A stretch of 64,000 nucleotides of DNA from Longimicrobiales bacterium. GTDB lineage: Bacteria > Gemmatimonadota > Gemmatimonadetes > Longimicrobiales > Gaopeijiaceae. The stretch is from assembly GCA_965238005.1 (NCBI GenBank), contig OZ250165.1, positions 4,192,001 to 4,256,000 on the forward strand, given 5' to 3'. The notes below the pieces were generated by a model that worked only from the letters and a program-made list of their open reading frames with translations, searched no databases and was not told where the DNA came from. Below, piece by piece: positions 17,973 to 28,231 of the stretch (positions are counted from its first letter, which is position 1; every line of letters starts with the position of its first letter). Position numbers and translations under genes: made by a program.

Positions 17973-19721
17973 CTAGATCCTTGCCTGCACGGTGTAGAGC
18001 TGGTGATAGCGCCCGTCGACGGCGATGAGGTCATCGTGGCGCCCTCGCTCCACGATCTGCCCGTCCTCGATGACCAGGATCAGGTCGGCCCGCTGGATGG
18101 TCGAGAGCCGGTGCGCGATGACGAACGTGGTCCGGTCCTGGAGCAGCTGCCCCAGGCTCTCCTGGATGAACGCTTCGCTCTCGGTGTCGAGGCTGGACGT
18201 CGCCTCGTCGAGTAGGAGGATCCGCGGGTTCGACAGGATCGCCCGGGCGATGGTCACGCGCTGGCGCTGACCTCCCGAGAGCTTGACCCCCCGCTCGCCG
18301 ATCACGGTGTCCAGGCCCTCGGGGAAGCGATCCGTGAACTCGGTCACGTGGGCCTGCCGGGTGGCTGTGTCCAGATCCGCATCCGAAGCGCCTGCCCGGG
18401 CGAACAGCAGGTTCTCACGGATGGTTCCGTCGAAGAGGAAGTCGTCCTGGAGGACCAGGCCGAGCTGCTCCCGGTAGCTGGCCAGCTTCACGTTGGCGAG
18501 GTCGATGCCGTCGACGAGCACCCGCCCTGTGTCCGGCGTGAGGAAGGTGGCGGCCAGCCCGGCCAGGGTGGACTTTCCCGAGCCCGAGCTGCCCACCAGG
18601 GCGATGACCGTCCCCGAATCCGCCTCGAAGCTGATGCCCTTGAGAACGGGCTTGTCTTCATCGTACGCGAAGCACACATCCTCGAAGATCACGTGGCCCT
18701 CGATGGGAGGCATGATCTCGGTCCGGCGGGGATCGTCGTCCTCGCCCGGCCAGGAGAGGAGCTCTTCGGTGCGGTCGAGGCCGGCGAAGGCCTCGGTCAT
18801 CTGGGTGCCGATGTTGGACATCTGGACGATGGGTCCCACCAGGAAGCCCATGAACAGCGTGAAGGAGAATAGCTCTCCCAGCGTGAGGGAGCCCTGGAGG
18901 ATCATTCGGCCGCCGTACCCCACGACGAGCATGCTGGCGAGCCCCATGAAGAAGGTGCCCAGGCTGGTGACCGTGCTGGACGTGGTGAGCGTGGTCTTCA
19001 CGTTGTCGAAGATGCGGAGCACGCCGGCCTCGAAGATCTCGCCTTCCTTCTCCACGGCGTGGAAGCCCTTGATCACGCGGATCCCTCCCAGGGCCTCGGT
19101 CAGCCGCCCGGTGACCTCCGCCCGGATCTCGCCGCGTTGGCGGAAAGCGGGCCGGAGCGTCTGAAAGGCCCTTGTCGCGACAAAGCCGAAGAGCGCCAGC
19201 GGGACGAGGGCCAGGAGCGTCATGACCAAGTCGATCCGCACCAGGAACACGAAGGCCACCACGGCCGTGATGGTGCCGCCCACTAGCTGCACGAGCCCGG
19301 TGCCCACCAGGTTCCGCACGCCCTCCACGTCGTCCATGATCCGAGACACCAGCTCACCCGTCTTGGTGTCGTCGAACGTCCGGATGGGTAGCTGGAGCAC
19401 GTGCTTCTGTACCTGGGCCCTGAGATTCGCGATCAGGTGTTGGGCCTCGACGCTGAGGAGCATCGTCAGCAGAAACGCGGTACCGGCCTGAATGGCTATG
19501 GCAAAGGCGAGCAGGCCCAGCAGCTTGAAGAGGAGGTCGATCTGTCCCTGCCCCAGGACCTCGTCGATGAGGTACTTGGTGGAGGCTGGAAGGACGAGGC
19601 CGCTCAGGCGGTTGAGCAGGATGAGGAAGAGACCGAGGGAAATGAGCTTCCGGCGAGGCCAAATGATCTCGTGGAAGGCGTTTCGAAGGCTAGCGCCGGT
19701 GACCTTGGGTTTCTTTGACAT
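17973..19721 (-). CDS. ABC exporter, fused permease and ATPase
   Basis: GSSGSGKS, LSGGQRQR, LLLDEAT; N-terminal TMD. Confidence 0.94.
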   Translation of the reverse strand: MSKKPKVTGASLRNAFHEIIWPRRKLISLGLFLILLNRLSGLVLPASTKYLIDEVLGQGQIDLLFKLLGLLAFAIAIQAGTAFLLTMLLSVEAQHLIANLRAQVQKHVLQLPIRTFDDTKTGELVSRIMDDVEGVRNLVGTGLVQLVGGTITAVVAFVFLVRIDLVMTLLALVPLALFGFVATRAFQTLRPAFRQRGEIRAEVTGRLTEALGGIRVIKGFHAVEKEGEIFEAGVLRIFDNVKTTLTTSSTVTSLGTFFMGLASMLVVGYGGRMILQGSLTLGELFSFTLFMGFLVGPIVQMSNIGTQMTEAFAGLDRTEELLSWPGEDDDPRRTEIMPPIEGHVIFEDVCFAYDEDKPVLKGISFEADSGTVIALVGSSGSGKSTLAGLAATFLTPDTGRVLVDGIDLANVKLASYREQLGLVLQDDFLFDGTIRENLLFARAGASDADLDTATRQAHVTEFTDRFPEGLDTVIGERGVKLSGGQRQRVTIARAILSNPRILLLDEATSSLDTESEAFIQESLGQLLQDRTTFVIAHRLSTIQRADLILVIEDGQIVERGRHDDLIAVDGRYHQLYTVQARI

Positions 19722-19829
19722 GTCGCGGGGTCGGGGTGGGTTCGGCCTCGTGGCCTTCAATGGCGGCCTAAAGATAGTCCTCGAGGGCCCTCTGCGGTGA
19801 TGGAGACCGCTCGGCCCCGCTGAACAGGA

Positions 19830-20456
19830 CTAGGCCCCGCTGAGCAGGACCAGCCCCCACACCACGAGCGCTGCCCCGGCGAGCCTGCCGATCCGCTCGC
19901 CTCGGGGCGCGAGAGTCTCCACGGCGATCACCACCGTGAGGACCGCCATCCACGCCAGGTTCATCACGCCGAGGGCGAAGCCGGTGAGCATGAGGGCCCA
20001 GCAGCATCCCACGCAGAAAGCTCCGTGGGACAGGCCCATGCGGAACGCGCCGCCTGGGCCGTTACGCCACCGCGCGAGGAAGTAGCTCATCGGTGTACGG
20101 CAGTGCTCGAGGCACGCTGCCTTCGCCGGTGTCACCTGATAGAGCCCCGTACCCACGAGAACCAAACCGGCCAACGGCGCCAACAACGCAGAAGACGCTC
20201 CCAGGAGCCCCCATGAGCGGAGGCCGATCTGGAGCGACGCCCCCACCACGCTGAAGGCCAGCCACGCGGCGAGGTACCCGCAGCCGAACAGCGCCACCCA
20301 GCCGCCTCGGACCGCGCCCGACTCCCGGTCTCTGGCGAGGGCGGCGAAGCCGGTGAGCCACGGGAGGACGGCCGGCAGCATCATGACCACCATCATGAGC
20401 ATCCACATGGCGATGGTCGCCACGAGGCCGGCTCCATGGGATGTGGATGTGGTCAT
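19830..20456 (-). CDS. DUF2182 predicted metal-binding membrane protein
   Basis: WMLMMVVMMLP, YQVTPAK.ACL..CR, GCCWALM, MNLAWM. Confidence 0.88.
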   Translation of the reverse strand: MTTSTSHGAGLVATIAMWMLMMVVMMLPAVLPWLTGFAALARDRESGAVRGGWVALFGCGYLAAWLAFSVVGASLQIGLRSWGLLGASSALLAPLAGLVLVGTGLYQVTPAKAACLEHCRTPMSYFLARWRNGPGGAFRMGLSHGAFCVGCCWALMLTGFALGVMNLAWMAVLTVVIAVETLAPRGERIGRLAGAALVVWGLVLLSGA

Positions 20457-21127
20457 GCGGCGTCGACCGCCCAATCGAAGTCGGAGTAGAGGGCGTGGGT
20501 GCCCTCGTTCGCGACGACGATCTCGCCGTCGTCGTAGGTGGTGCTGCCCCGGGCGATGACCTGGGTGGGGGCGTGGATCTGGTTGAAGATGTTCTGGAAG
20601 GTGACCGGCCGATCCCGGTCCCTCCCCTGGATATTCTCCACAGTGCCTTCGAGAAGACCTTCGATGACGATCCGCTTCACCGCACCTTCGTCCGCGATGT
20701 CGATGGGGAGTGTGCGGGTGGGGAGCCTCCTTTCGACGAAGCGGTCCAGGACCTCCCACGGCCCACCCGCCTGGCCGGTGAGAATGGCCTCCGCCGCCGA
20801 GCGCTGTGCATCCGACGCGGCCTCGTCGAGGATGAGCACCTCGGTCCAACCGCCCGAGATCATGTGCTGGGGGGACTCGTACGCTATGACGGCGCTCACT
20901 CCGGCGAGGTCGACGTCTCCGTACGCGCCCTCGTCCACCCGGAGGGCCCAGTAGCCGAGGCAGCGCTCGTGGGTGCAGTTGTTGGAGAAGTGCATGTGTC
21001 CAGGGCACACCACCTGGCAGTTGCAGTTCTCGAAGAGAAGGCCCTTGGCCCACCACGAGATGCCAGCCGACCTCCCCTCATCCCTGGCGCCGCCGTCTCC
21101 GGACCCGTCAGTGGAAACATCCGTCAT
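20453..21127 (-). CDS. DUF1326 domain protein
   Basis: ENCNCQVVCP, GAYGDVDLAG, ILTGQAGG; ATGA overlap with the DUF2182 gene. Confidence 0.85.
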   Translation of the reverse strand: MTDVSTDGSGDGGARDEGRSAGISWWAKGLLFENCNCQVVCPGHMHFSNNCTHERCLGYWALRVDEGAYGDVDLAGVSAVIAYESPQHMISGGWTEVLILDEAASDAQRSAAEAILTGQAGGPWEVLDRFVERRLPTRTLPIDIADEGAVKRIVIEGLLEGTVENIQGRDRDRPVTFQNIFNQIHAPTQVIARGSTTYDDGEIVVANEGTHALYSDFDWAVDAA

Positions 21128-21128
21128 G

Positions 21129-22658
21129 CTATGCCTTGCCTTCTGCCCGGGTGACCGGGTCTCCGACACCCCGGGAGAGCTCGTCTCCAACCCGCAACAC
21201 CTCGTCCACGAGAAAGTCCACGTCGCTCACTTGGGTGCGGAAGCTCACGATGCAGGCTCGGAGAGAGTACCTCCCCTCCAGCTTGGTGGGTGACATGTAG
21301 CATCGCCCCTCCCTCACCAGCGTCTCGACAATCTCTCGGTTGACGGCGTCGACTCGCTTGACGACGTCGACGGTTTCGTCGCTGACGGCCTGCTCCGGCA
21401 CGTATCGGAAGCAGGAGATGCTAAGCTCGGAGCCCAGCGATTCGAGACGCGGATGATCCGCGATCCTCTGGTCGAGGTGTTTCCGGAGGGCGATGTCGTG
21501 TGAGATCGCTCCCCTGAGCCCCTCCACCCCCCGGGCCTTGAGGATGGTCCACACCTTGAGTCCCCGGAAGCGCCGCGACATCTCCAGGCCCCGGTCGAAG
21601 AGGGCGTAGCGCTCGATGGGGTCCGTCTGAGTGACCTCGGTATACTCGCTGAAGAGCGTGAAGGCCCTCCTCGCGTCATCGTCGTTCCGGACCAGGATGC
21701 AGCCGGCGTCCGCCGGTGCGTAGAGCCACTTGTGGGGATCCAGCGACAGGGAGTCGGCGCGGGAGAAGGCCCGGGCCATCCAGGCGTACTCCTCCGTGAG
21801 AACCGCCGGGGCTCCGTAGCATCCGTCGATGTGGAGCCACACACCGTGCTCCTCGGCGATGTCCGCGACCTCGTCCAGGGGATCGATGGCCCCCGTGTTC
21901 GCCGTACCGGCGGACACACCGATCAGGGCCGGCACCAGCCCGGCGGCTCGATCCTCCTGCAAGGCGTGCCAAAGGGCGTCGGGACGAAGGCGCCGGAGCG
22001 CGTCGATCTCCAGAAGGCGGACCTGAGCCGGCGGCACGCCCAAGAGCTTCGCGGCCTTGCGCATCGACACGTGCCCCTCTCTGGAGAGGTAGACGGTGAG
22101 TCGATGCCTCGACCCCGCTGCCAGACCCGCCTGCTCCTCGGCCCGGGTCACCGCGCAGGCCATCCCGTGGAAGTTCGCCGATGACCCGCCGCTCACCAGG
22201 AGCCCGCTGTCGTCACCGCCGAAGCCCACAAGCGCGTCGAGCCACCGCACCGCCAGGCGCTCGATCTCGGTGGCGCCGGGCGCCGAGCGCCAGGCGGTGA
22301 CGGGCTGGTTGAGGGCCGAAGCCATGGCATCGGCCAGGACTCCAAGAGGGTCGGCCGTCGTGCATACGTAGCCGAAGAATCGAGGGTGGCCGTTCCGGCG
22401 GCAGTAGGGGAGCAAATGGTCGCGCCACTGCGCGAGGATGTTATCGGGCGTCGAGCCCGCCTGTGGGAGGGGCTCATCGAGCAGGCCGCGCAGCTCTTCC
22501 CCCGATATGGAGCGGAGCACGGGCTCTGAGCGCTCGGCCTCGAAGGCCTCGAGCATCAGCTCGATGAGGCGCTCCCCCAGCCGCCCGAACTCATCCGGGG
22601 CAAGATCGAAGGACACGTGGTCGGTGGTCGGCTCGGACATCCCGTGGGTATGCCCCAC
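21129..22658 (-). CDS. Group II PLP-dependent amino-acid decarboxylase
   Basis: HPRFFGY, SGGS.AN, GTANTGAIDP, HIDGCYG, DPHKW. Confidence 0.92.
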   Translation of the reverse strand: MGHTHGMSEPTTDHVSFDLAPDEFGRLGERLIELMLEAFEAERSEPVLRSISGEELRGLLDEPLPQAGSTPDNILAQWRDHLLPYCRRNGHPRFFGYVCTTADPLGVLADAMASALNQPVTAWRSAPGATEIERLAVRWLDALVGFGGDDSGLLVSGGSSANFHGMACAVTRAEEQAGLAAGSRHRLTVYLSREGHVSMRKAAKLLGVPPAQVRLLEIDALRRLRPDALWHALQEDRAAGLVPALIGVSAGTANTGAIDPLDEVADIAEEHGVWLHIDGCYGAPAVLTEEYAWMARAFSRADSLSLDPHKWLYAPADAGCILVRNDDDARRAFTLFSEYTEVTQTDPIERYALFDRGLEMSRRFRGLKVWTILKARGVEGLRGAISHDIALRKHLDQRIADHPRLESLGSELSISCFRYVPEQAVSDETVDVVKRVDAVNREIVETLVREGRCYMSPTKLEGRYSLRACIVSFRTQVSDVDFLVDEVLRVGDELSRGVGDPVTRAEGKA

Positions 22659-22805
22659 CAGAGGCCATATGTCAACCGAACACCCGGTGGAACAGGAATT
22701 TGTTGGACGCCCATGCCAACGCCAGGTGGTTGGAGCGGCGTGCGTCGAAACAGCACTACAGCGGCAGCGAGCGCGAGCCGGCGCTCTACGGTCACGCCAG
22801 AGGTC

Positions 22806-23117
22806 CTACTCCTCGGCCTCGTCGGAGTCCGGCCCCCGCTCGACCTCGATGGAGCAGCTCGCGACGAGTGCCGCGACCGCGCCAATAGCCGCCCACATGG
22901 GAGCCAGCACGGCCCCCACCACGCCTACGGAGAGGGGCACCTCGATGAGTGACCTGCCCTCTTCGTTCTTGATGATGATCCGCCGTACGTTTCCTTGATG
23001 GATCAGCTCCTTGATCTTGCCGATCACTTTGTCGCCGCTGACCCTGTGCTCCTCGCGGGTCCTGCCTCCTGCGTCTCCCTCGATCTGACGCTCGGTTCCT
23101 GCGGTCGCATCGTCCAT
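22806..23117 (-). CDS. DUF4342 domain protein
   Basis: KIKELIHQGNVRRIIIK...LIEVP. Confidence 0.85.
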   Translation of the reverse strand: MDDATAGTERQIEGDAGGRTREEHRVSGDKVIGKIKELIHQGNVRRIIIKNEEGRSLIEVPLSVGVVGAVLAPMWAAIGAVAALVASCSIEVERGPDSDEAEE

Positions 23118-23260
23118 TTCGTCCACTCCTCGTGTTGGCCTTCGGCCGGCTCAGGCTCTCAGTGTGGCTGCGACGCCACACAAATTAACGCCACACAAGT
23201 CTAAGATCCGCCCGCGGATACCGCGATCATGCAAGAAGCCGGACCTGGTATCGCCGGGAT

Positions 23261-24985
23261 CTAGGCACTGATCTCGTGCGCCTCTCCGGCGCCTCTGGGC
23301 ACGCGGATTAGGTCGACCAGATGTGCGATTCTGGCCGGAGGCGGGGGGGTGAAGCGCGACACCGTCCACGCCACCGCGAAGTTCACGAGCATGCCCACGG
23401 TGCCGATCCCCTCAGGCGAGATCCCGAACCACCAATGCTCGGCCGTGTTGGCTGCGGGGTTCACGAACTTGAAGTAGACGATATACGCAGCCGTCAGCGA
23501 GATCCCAGAGATCATCCCTAGAACCGCGCCCTCCCGGTTCATGCGCTTCGAGAAGATCCCCATGATGAACGCCGGGAAGAACGATGCCGCCGCGAGCCCG
23601 AAGGCGAAGGCCACCACCTCAGCCACGAATCCGGGCGGGTTGATACCCAGGTAGCCCGCCACGATGACGGCAGCCCCCGCACTCACGCGAGCCGCGATGA
23701 GCTCCCCGCGCTCTGTGATATCCGGCTTGAAGCCCCGTTTCAACAGGTCGTGGCTCACCGCCGAGGAGACTACCAGAAGGAGTCCCGCCGCCGTCGAGAG
23801 GGCCGCGGCCAATCCGCCCGCCGCCACGAGCCCGATCACCCAGTTGGGGAGTCCCGAGATCTCCGGATTGGCCAGGACCATAATGTCCTGGTCGATGGTG
23901 AGCTCGTTCTCCACCGGGGAGCCTCCGGCGCCCATGGCCTCCGGACCCACGAACTGGATCAGGCCGTCGCCGTTCTTGTCGTCGAAGGAGATGAGGCCCG
24001 TCTCCTCCCACTTCGTGAACCACTCGGGCATCTCCGAGTAGGGCTGCTCGGAGACGGTGTTGATCAGATTCATGCGGGCGAACACCGCCACGGCAGGCGC
24101 GGCTGTATAGAGGAGGGCGATGAAGACCAGGGCCCACCCGACGCTGATGCGGGCGTCCCGAACCTTAGGCACCGTGTAGAAGCGGACCATGACGTGGGGA
24201 AGCCCCGCCGTCCCCACCATGAGGGCCGCGGTGATGGCGAACACGTCAATGGTGGTCTTCGTCCCTGAGGTGTATGGGGTGAATCCCAGCTCCTGGTGCA
24301 GCCCGTTGAGCCGATCGAGAAGGAAGGTCCCGCTCTCCTGGTCCATCCCCCCGAAGCCCAGCTGCGGTATGGCGTTTCCGGTGATGAGGAGGGAAAGGAA
24401 GATCGCCGGGACGAGGTACGCGAAGATCAGCACGCAGTACTGGGTGACCTGGGTATAGGTGATGCCCTTCATCCCTCCCAGGACCGCGTAAAAGAAGACG
24501 ATCCCCATGCCGATGAGCACGCCGATCTCCACCGGCACCTCCAGGAACCGACCGAAGACGATCCCCACACCCCTCATCTGGCCGGCCACGTACGTGAACG
24601 AAATGAAGATGGCGCAGACGACCGCCACCACTCGGGCCGCCTGCGAGTAGTAGCGGTCGCCCACGAAGTCGGGGACCGTGTAGGCTCCGAACTTCCGAAG
24701 GTAGGGGGCCAGAAGAAGGGCCAGGAGCACGTACCCTCCAGTCCATCCCATGAGGTAGACCGAGCCGTCGTAGCCTCGGAACGCGATGAGGCCGGCCATT
24801 GAGATGAACGACGCGGCAGACATCCAGTCGGCGGCCGTGGCCATGCCGTTGGCCAGGGGCGAGACGCCGGTGCCGGCGACGTAGAACTCCTTGGTGGAGC
24901 GCGCCTGCGACCACACGGCCACCCCGATGTACAGGGCGAAGGAGAGGCTCACCAGGACGAAGGTCCAGGCCTGGACGGTCATCAA
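23261..24985 (-). CDS. Sodium:solute symporter, ActP-like cation/acetate subfamily
   Basis: GMATAADWMSAASF, GGMKGITYTQ, GTAGLPHV, AAALSTAAGLLL. Confidence 0.92.
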   Translation of the reverse strand: MMTVQAWTFVLVSLSFALYIGVAVWSQARSTKEFYVAGTGVSPLANGMATAADWMSAASFISMAGLIAFRGYDGSVYLMGWTGGYVLLALLLAPYLRKFGAYTVPDFVGDRYYSQAARVVAVVCAIFISFTYVAGQMRGVGIVFGRFLEVPVEIGVLIGMGIVFFYAVLGGMKGITYTQVTQYCVLIFAYLVPAIFLSLLITGNAIPQLGFGGMDQESGTFLLDRLNGLHQELGFTPYTSGTKTTIDVFAITAALMVGTAGLPHVMVRFYTVPKVRDARISVGWALVFIALLYTAAPAVAVFARMNLINTVSEQPYSEMPEWFTKWEETGLISFDDKNGDGLIQFVGPEAMGAGGSPVENELTIDQDIMVLANPEISGLPNWVIGLVAAGGLAAALSTAAGLLLVVSSAVSHDLLKRGFKPDITERGELIAARVSAGAAVIVAGYLGINPPGFVAEVVAFAFGLAAASFFPAFIMGIFSKRMNREGAVLGMISGISLTAAYIVYFKFVNPAANTAEHWWFGISPEGIGTVGMLVNFAVAWTVSRFTPPPPARIAHLVDLIRVPRGAGEAHEISA

Positions 24986-25302
24986 TCGCCGTCCTCGTCC
25001 AGGCCGAACTTCCGGTCCAGGCGGTTCATGAGGACCACGTAGACGAAGATCAGGACGACGAAGGTGTAGATGGAGCCCTGTTGGGCGAACCAGAACCCCA
25101 GGGGAAAGCCCGTGCCCGGGATGCGGATGGCGTTGAGTTGCTCGACGAACAGGATTCCCGCCCCATACGAGACCAGGAACCAGATGGTGAGCAGAACCGC
25201 GACGTAGGTGAGGTTCCGGCGCCAGTAGGCGGTGGGGCTCGCTGCCGAGTCGTAGTCACCGTCTGTGGATGTCGGATCTCTCAAGCTGTACGCCTCTTCC
25301 AT
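24982..25302 (-). CDS. DUF4212 small symporter-accessory membrane protein
   Basis: YWRRNL, GFPLGFWFAQQGS; overlaps the symporter start. Confidence 0.9.
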   Translation of the reverse strand: MEEAYSLRDPTSTDGDYDSAASPTAYWRRNLTYVAVLLTIWFLVSYGAGILFVEQLNAIRIPGTGFPLGFWFAQQGSIYTFVVLIFVYVVLMNRLDRKFGLDEDGD

Positions 25303-25448
25303 GGGCCGTGTTGGACACAGGGCGCCGGTATGGTGTAGTGAAGGCTGGCGTCGCGCAAATCAGCCAGGATGGCCGAGGTCGAGGATTGCCAACTCCGTCG
25401 GGATGACGGCACGATTCGAGCCCGCCCAAAACCGGGGAGGAATAAGCC

Positions 25449-26623
25449 ATGAAGGAAGCGCTATCGACACGGGACGGGCTCGCTTCGTTCGAAATCATCG
25501 GCCGCGCCCTTGTAGTGGCGGCCATTGCCGGCGCGGCCCTGACGCTGTGCACGACGCCCGCCGAGACTCCCACAACCACGGTGGTCAGTTCGTCGCCCCT
25601 GCAGGTCGAGACCCTGGTGTCCGGTCTGGACACTCCCTGGGATCTGGCCTGGGGCCCCGACGGCTCCATGTGGGTGACCGAGCGGCCCGGACTGATCTCC
25701 AGGGTCGACCCGAGCACAGGAACGCTCACGCTCGTGGGTGAGATAGATGTCCTGGAGCGGGGAGAGAGCGGCCTCATGGGCATGGCATTCCACCCTGACT
25801 TCGCGAATCAGCCGTACGTATACCTGGCCCATTCCTACGGTGACGGAGGGGATATCAGGAATCGCCTGATTCGCATGCGATATGACGGCGTGAGGCTGGG
25901 CCAAACCGAGATTCTCATCGACGACATCCCGGTCGCAGCAACCACGACGGGTCGCGCTTGGCCGTCGGCCCTGATGGATATCTGTACATGACCATGGGAG
26001 ATGCGGGCCGGGCGAGCTCGGCCCAGGACCTGGGATCCCTTTCCGGAAAGGTTCTGCGCGTCATGCTGGACGGCCGTCCGGTGCCCGACAACCCTTTCGG
26101 CTCCCTGGTCTACTCCTACGGGCACCGCAACCCCCAGGGCATCGTGTTCCAACCGCGCACGGGAGATCTCTACGTGGCAGAGCACGGTCCCAGCGACAAC
26201 GACGAGGTCAGTCGGATCGTGAGGGGCGGCAACTTCGGCTGGCCCGACGTTCACGGCTTCTGTGACGGCGACACGTCGGGGGAGGAGGCCTTCTGCGCGA
26301 GCAACGTGGTGGAGGAGCCTCTGGAGGCGTGGACTCCCGCCATAGGGATCTCCGGGGCGGACTATTACGACGGCGATCTGATTCCCGAGTGGAAGGGGAG
26401 CCTGCTCGTCACGTCGCTCACTGGCGAGACGCTATACCGCCTCGAGCTCTCCGCAGACGGACGGCGGGTAGTGGGCCGTGAGGCCCTCTACCAAAGGGAG
26501 TTCGGGCGCCTCCGCGACGTTCTGGTGGGGCCAGGCGGGGAGGTGTATCTGGCTACGAGCAATCGCGATGGCCGTGGCAACCCTGCCGGCGACGACGATC
26601 GCATCCTGCTGATCAGGCCCTAG
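25449..26623 (+). pseudogene. PQQ-dependent sugar dehydrogenase (GSDH), frameshifted near 25931
   Basis: GLDTPW, ESGLMG..FHP in the first ORF; GHRNPQG, EHGP, GRLRDV in the second; adding one G restores DIPGRSNHDGSRL. Confidence 0.8.
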
Positions 26624-28225
26624 GAGTCTGCGCCGCAGAAGCACAGCTGACTGAGCCGAATGGTCATCGAGCCGTCCGCGGCGAGGCGGATCCGGGTGAT
26701 TGGGAGGTTGAGGACTTGTGTCTGCGACGGATCGGGAGAGCGGAATGGATGCGTTGGGGGGGGCAAGAGAGCTACGAGAGCCCTCGCGCCGGCAGATGCG
26801 GGTGAACCCTCGTGCAGTCATGCCGCCTGAAGGGTGTGCAGCCGCTTCACATTGAGTGCCAGGCACACGAGGGTCCACTCGGCCCGGACCTTCTCGAGGC
26901 CCCGGAAGCTGAATCGTCGAAAGCCCATCACTTCCTTGATCCAGCCGATGGGCGCCTCGGCCTGCGACTTTCGCCGTGCGTAGCGTCTGCGGCCATCTTC
27001 GCTCGCCAGCTTCTCCGCCATGCGGACTTTCGCCGGATATTCCTCCTTGTCAACCGTGGGGGCGGCCTTGCCCTCCCGGGCCAGCGCCACATACCCGTCG
27101 ATGTCTCGCTCTTCCAGTTCCTCGAGATCCCGCTCGTTGCAATAGCCCGTGTCCGCCAGCACCTGCGCCGGCGTCTCGCCGTACGCTTGCGCCACCGCGT
27201 CGACCATGGGCACCAGCTGGCCCTGGTCGCTCGCGTTGTCCGTCACCTCGGCCCCGACCACCAGCTGGTTCTCCCCCTCCACGACCGTCTGTGCGTTGTA
27301 GCACTGCTGGAACCCCTCCGAACTCGTCTTCATGATCCGGCTCTCAGGGTCCGTGAAGTTGCTCTGCGCCGCCTCGTCCGGCTCTCCGTACTCCCGCTTG
27401 TAGGGCCTGCCGCCCTTCGGGTTGCGCGTCTGCCCCGGCTTGCGGCCCCGTGCGTCGTCCGCCGCTCTCTGCTCGGCTTCCAGGCGCGCCTTCGCCTCCC
27501 GGATCGCCGCCAGCCGGTCCTCGCGCCGCTTGAGCTCCTCCGGCACCTCGTCTCCGCATGCTTCCTCGCCGTAGCGCTCGTCTTCCGCTTCGTCCACCGC
27601 CTCGGCCCTCTCCAACAGCCCCCGGATCTCCGCCTCCAGCCGAGGCTCCCCGGTCACCATCCGGCCGTAGCTCATCGCCTTGCGCTTGTTCGCGTTCGCC
27701 CGAACCTTCGTCCCGTCCACCGACACCCTGCCAAGCCCCGCCAGCCCCAAGGCCCGCGCGAGCATCACCACCTCCACAAACACCGCCCGGAAATCCCCGA
27801 GATGGCGCTTGCGGAACTCGCACAGCGTCCGGTGCTTCGGGAAGTTCTCCGCCGCCAGCATCCGAAACGCGACATCCTCCTCCAGCTTCCTCGCCATCTT
27901 CCGCGACGAGAAGGTGCCCGTCGCATACGCGTAGATCAGCACCTTGACCATCATCCGAGGGTCGTACGGCGAGTTGCGCCGCCCGTCCCCCCGGTACCGC
28001 CCGTAGAACGCGCTCAGCTCCACCGCGTCCACCAGGTCGCTCACATGGTGCGCCAAATGACCCTCCGACACCCACTCCCGAAGATCCGGAGGCAGCAACA
28101 ACATCTGCTCCGGATCGTACGGTCGAAATGTCGTTCCCATTCACCCCCCTCGGTGATCCGCAAGCCTTCCCAATGCCTTCGCTACCACCAAAGATAGCCG
28201 CCGCAGGGTTCTGCGGCGCAGACTC
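26624..28225 (-). mobile_element. IS1182-family insertion sequence
   Basis: Perfect 17-bp TIRs GAGTCTGCGCCGCAGAA / TTCTGCGGCGCAGACTC; CTAG duplicated at 26620-26623 and 28226-28229. Confidence 0.93.
26818..28140 (-). CDS. IS1182-family DDE transposase
   Basis: YDPRMMVKVLIYAY..G.FSSRK, VDGTKV.ANA, TDPESR, ADTGY, GFRRF..RG. Confidence 0.93.
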   Translation of the reverse strand: MGTTFRPYDPEQMLLLPPDLREWVSEGHLAHHVSDLVDAVELSAFYGRYRGDGRRNSPYDPRMMVKVLIYAYATGTFSSRKMARKLEEDVAFRMLAAENFPKHRTLCEFRKRHLGDFRAVFVEVVMLARALGLAGLGRVSVDGTKVRANANKRKAMSYGRMVTGEPRLEAEIRGLLERAEAVDEAEDERYGEEACGDEVPEELKRREDRLAAIREAKARLEAEQRAADDARGRKPGQTRNPKGGRPYKREYGEPDEAAQSNFTDPESRIMKTSSEGFQQCYNAQTVVEGENQLVVGAEVTDNASDQGQLVPMVDAVAQAYGETPAQVLADTGYCNERDLEELEERDIDGYVALAREGKAAPTVDKEEYPAKVRMAEKLASEDGRRRYARRKSQAEAPIGWIKEVMGFRRFSFRGLEKVRAEWTLVCLALNVKRLHTLQAA

Positions 28226-28231
28226 CTAGGT

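Noticed and set aside
26812..28197. 461-aa plus-strand ORF and similar long antisense ORFs (374-1693, 9916-11043, 47624-48820)
   Set aside because: Mirror frames of real genes caused by high-GC codon bias; no motifs.
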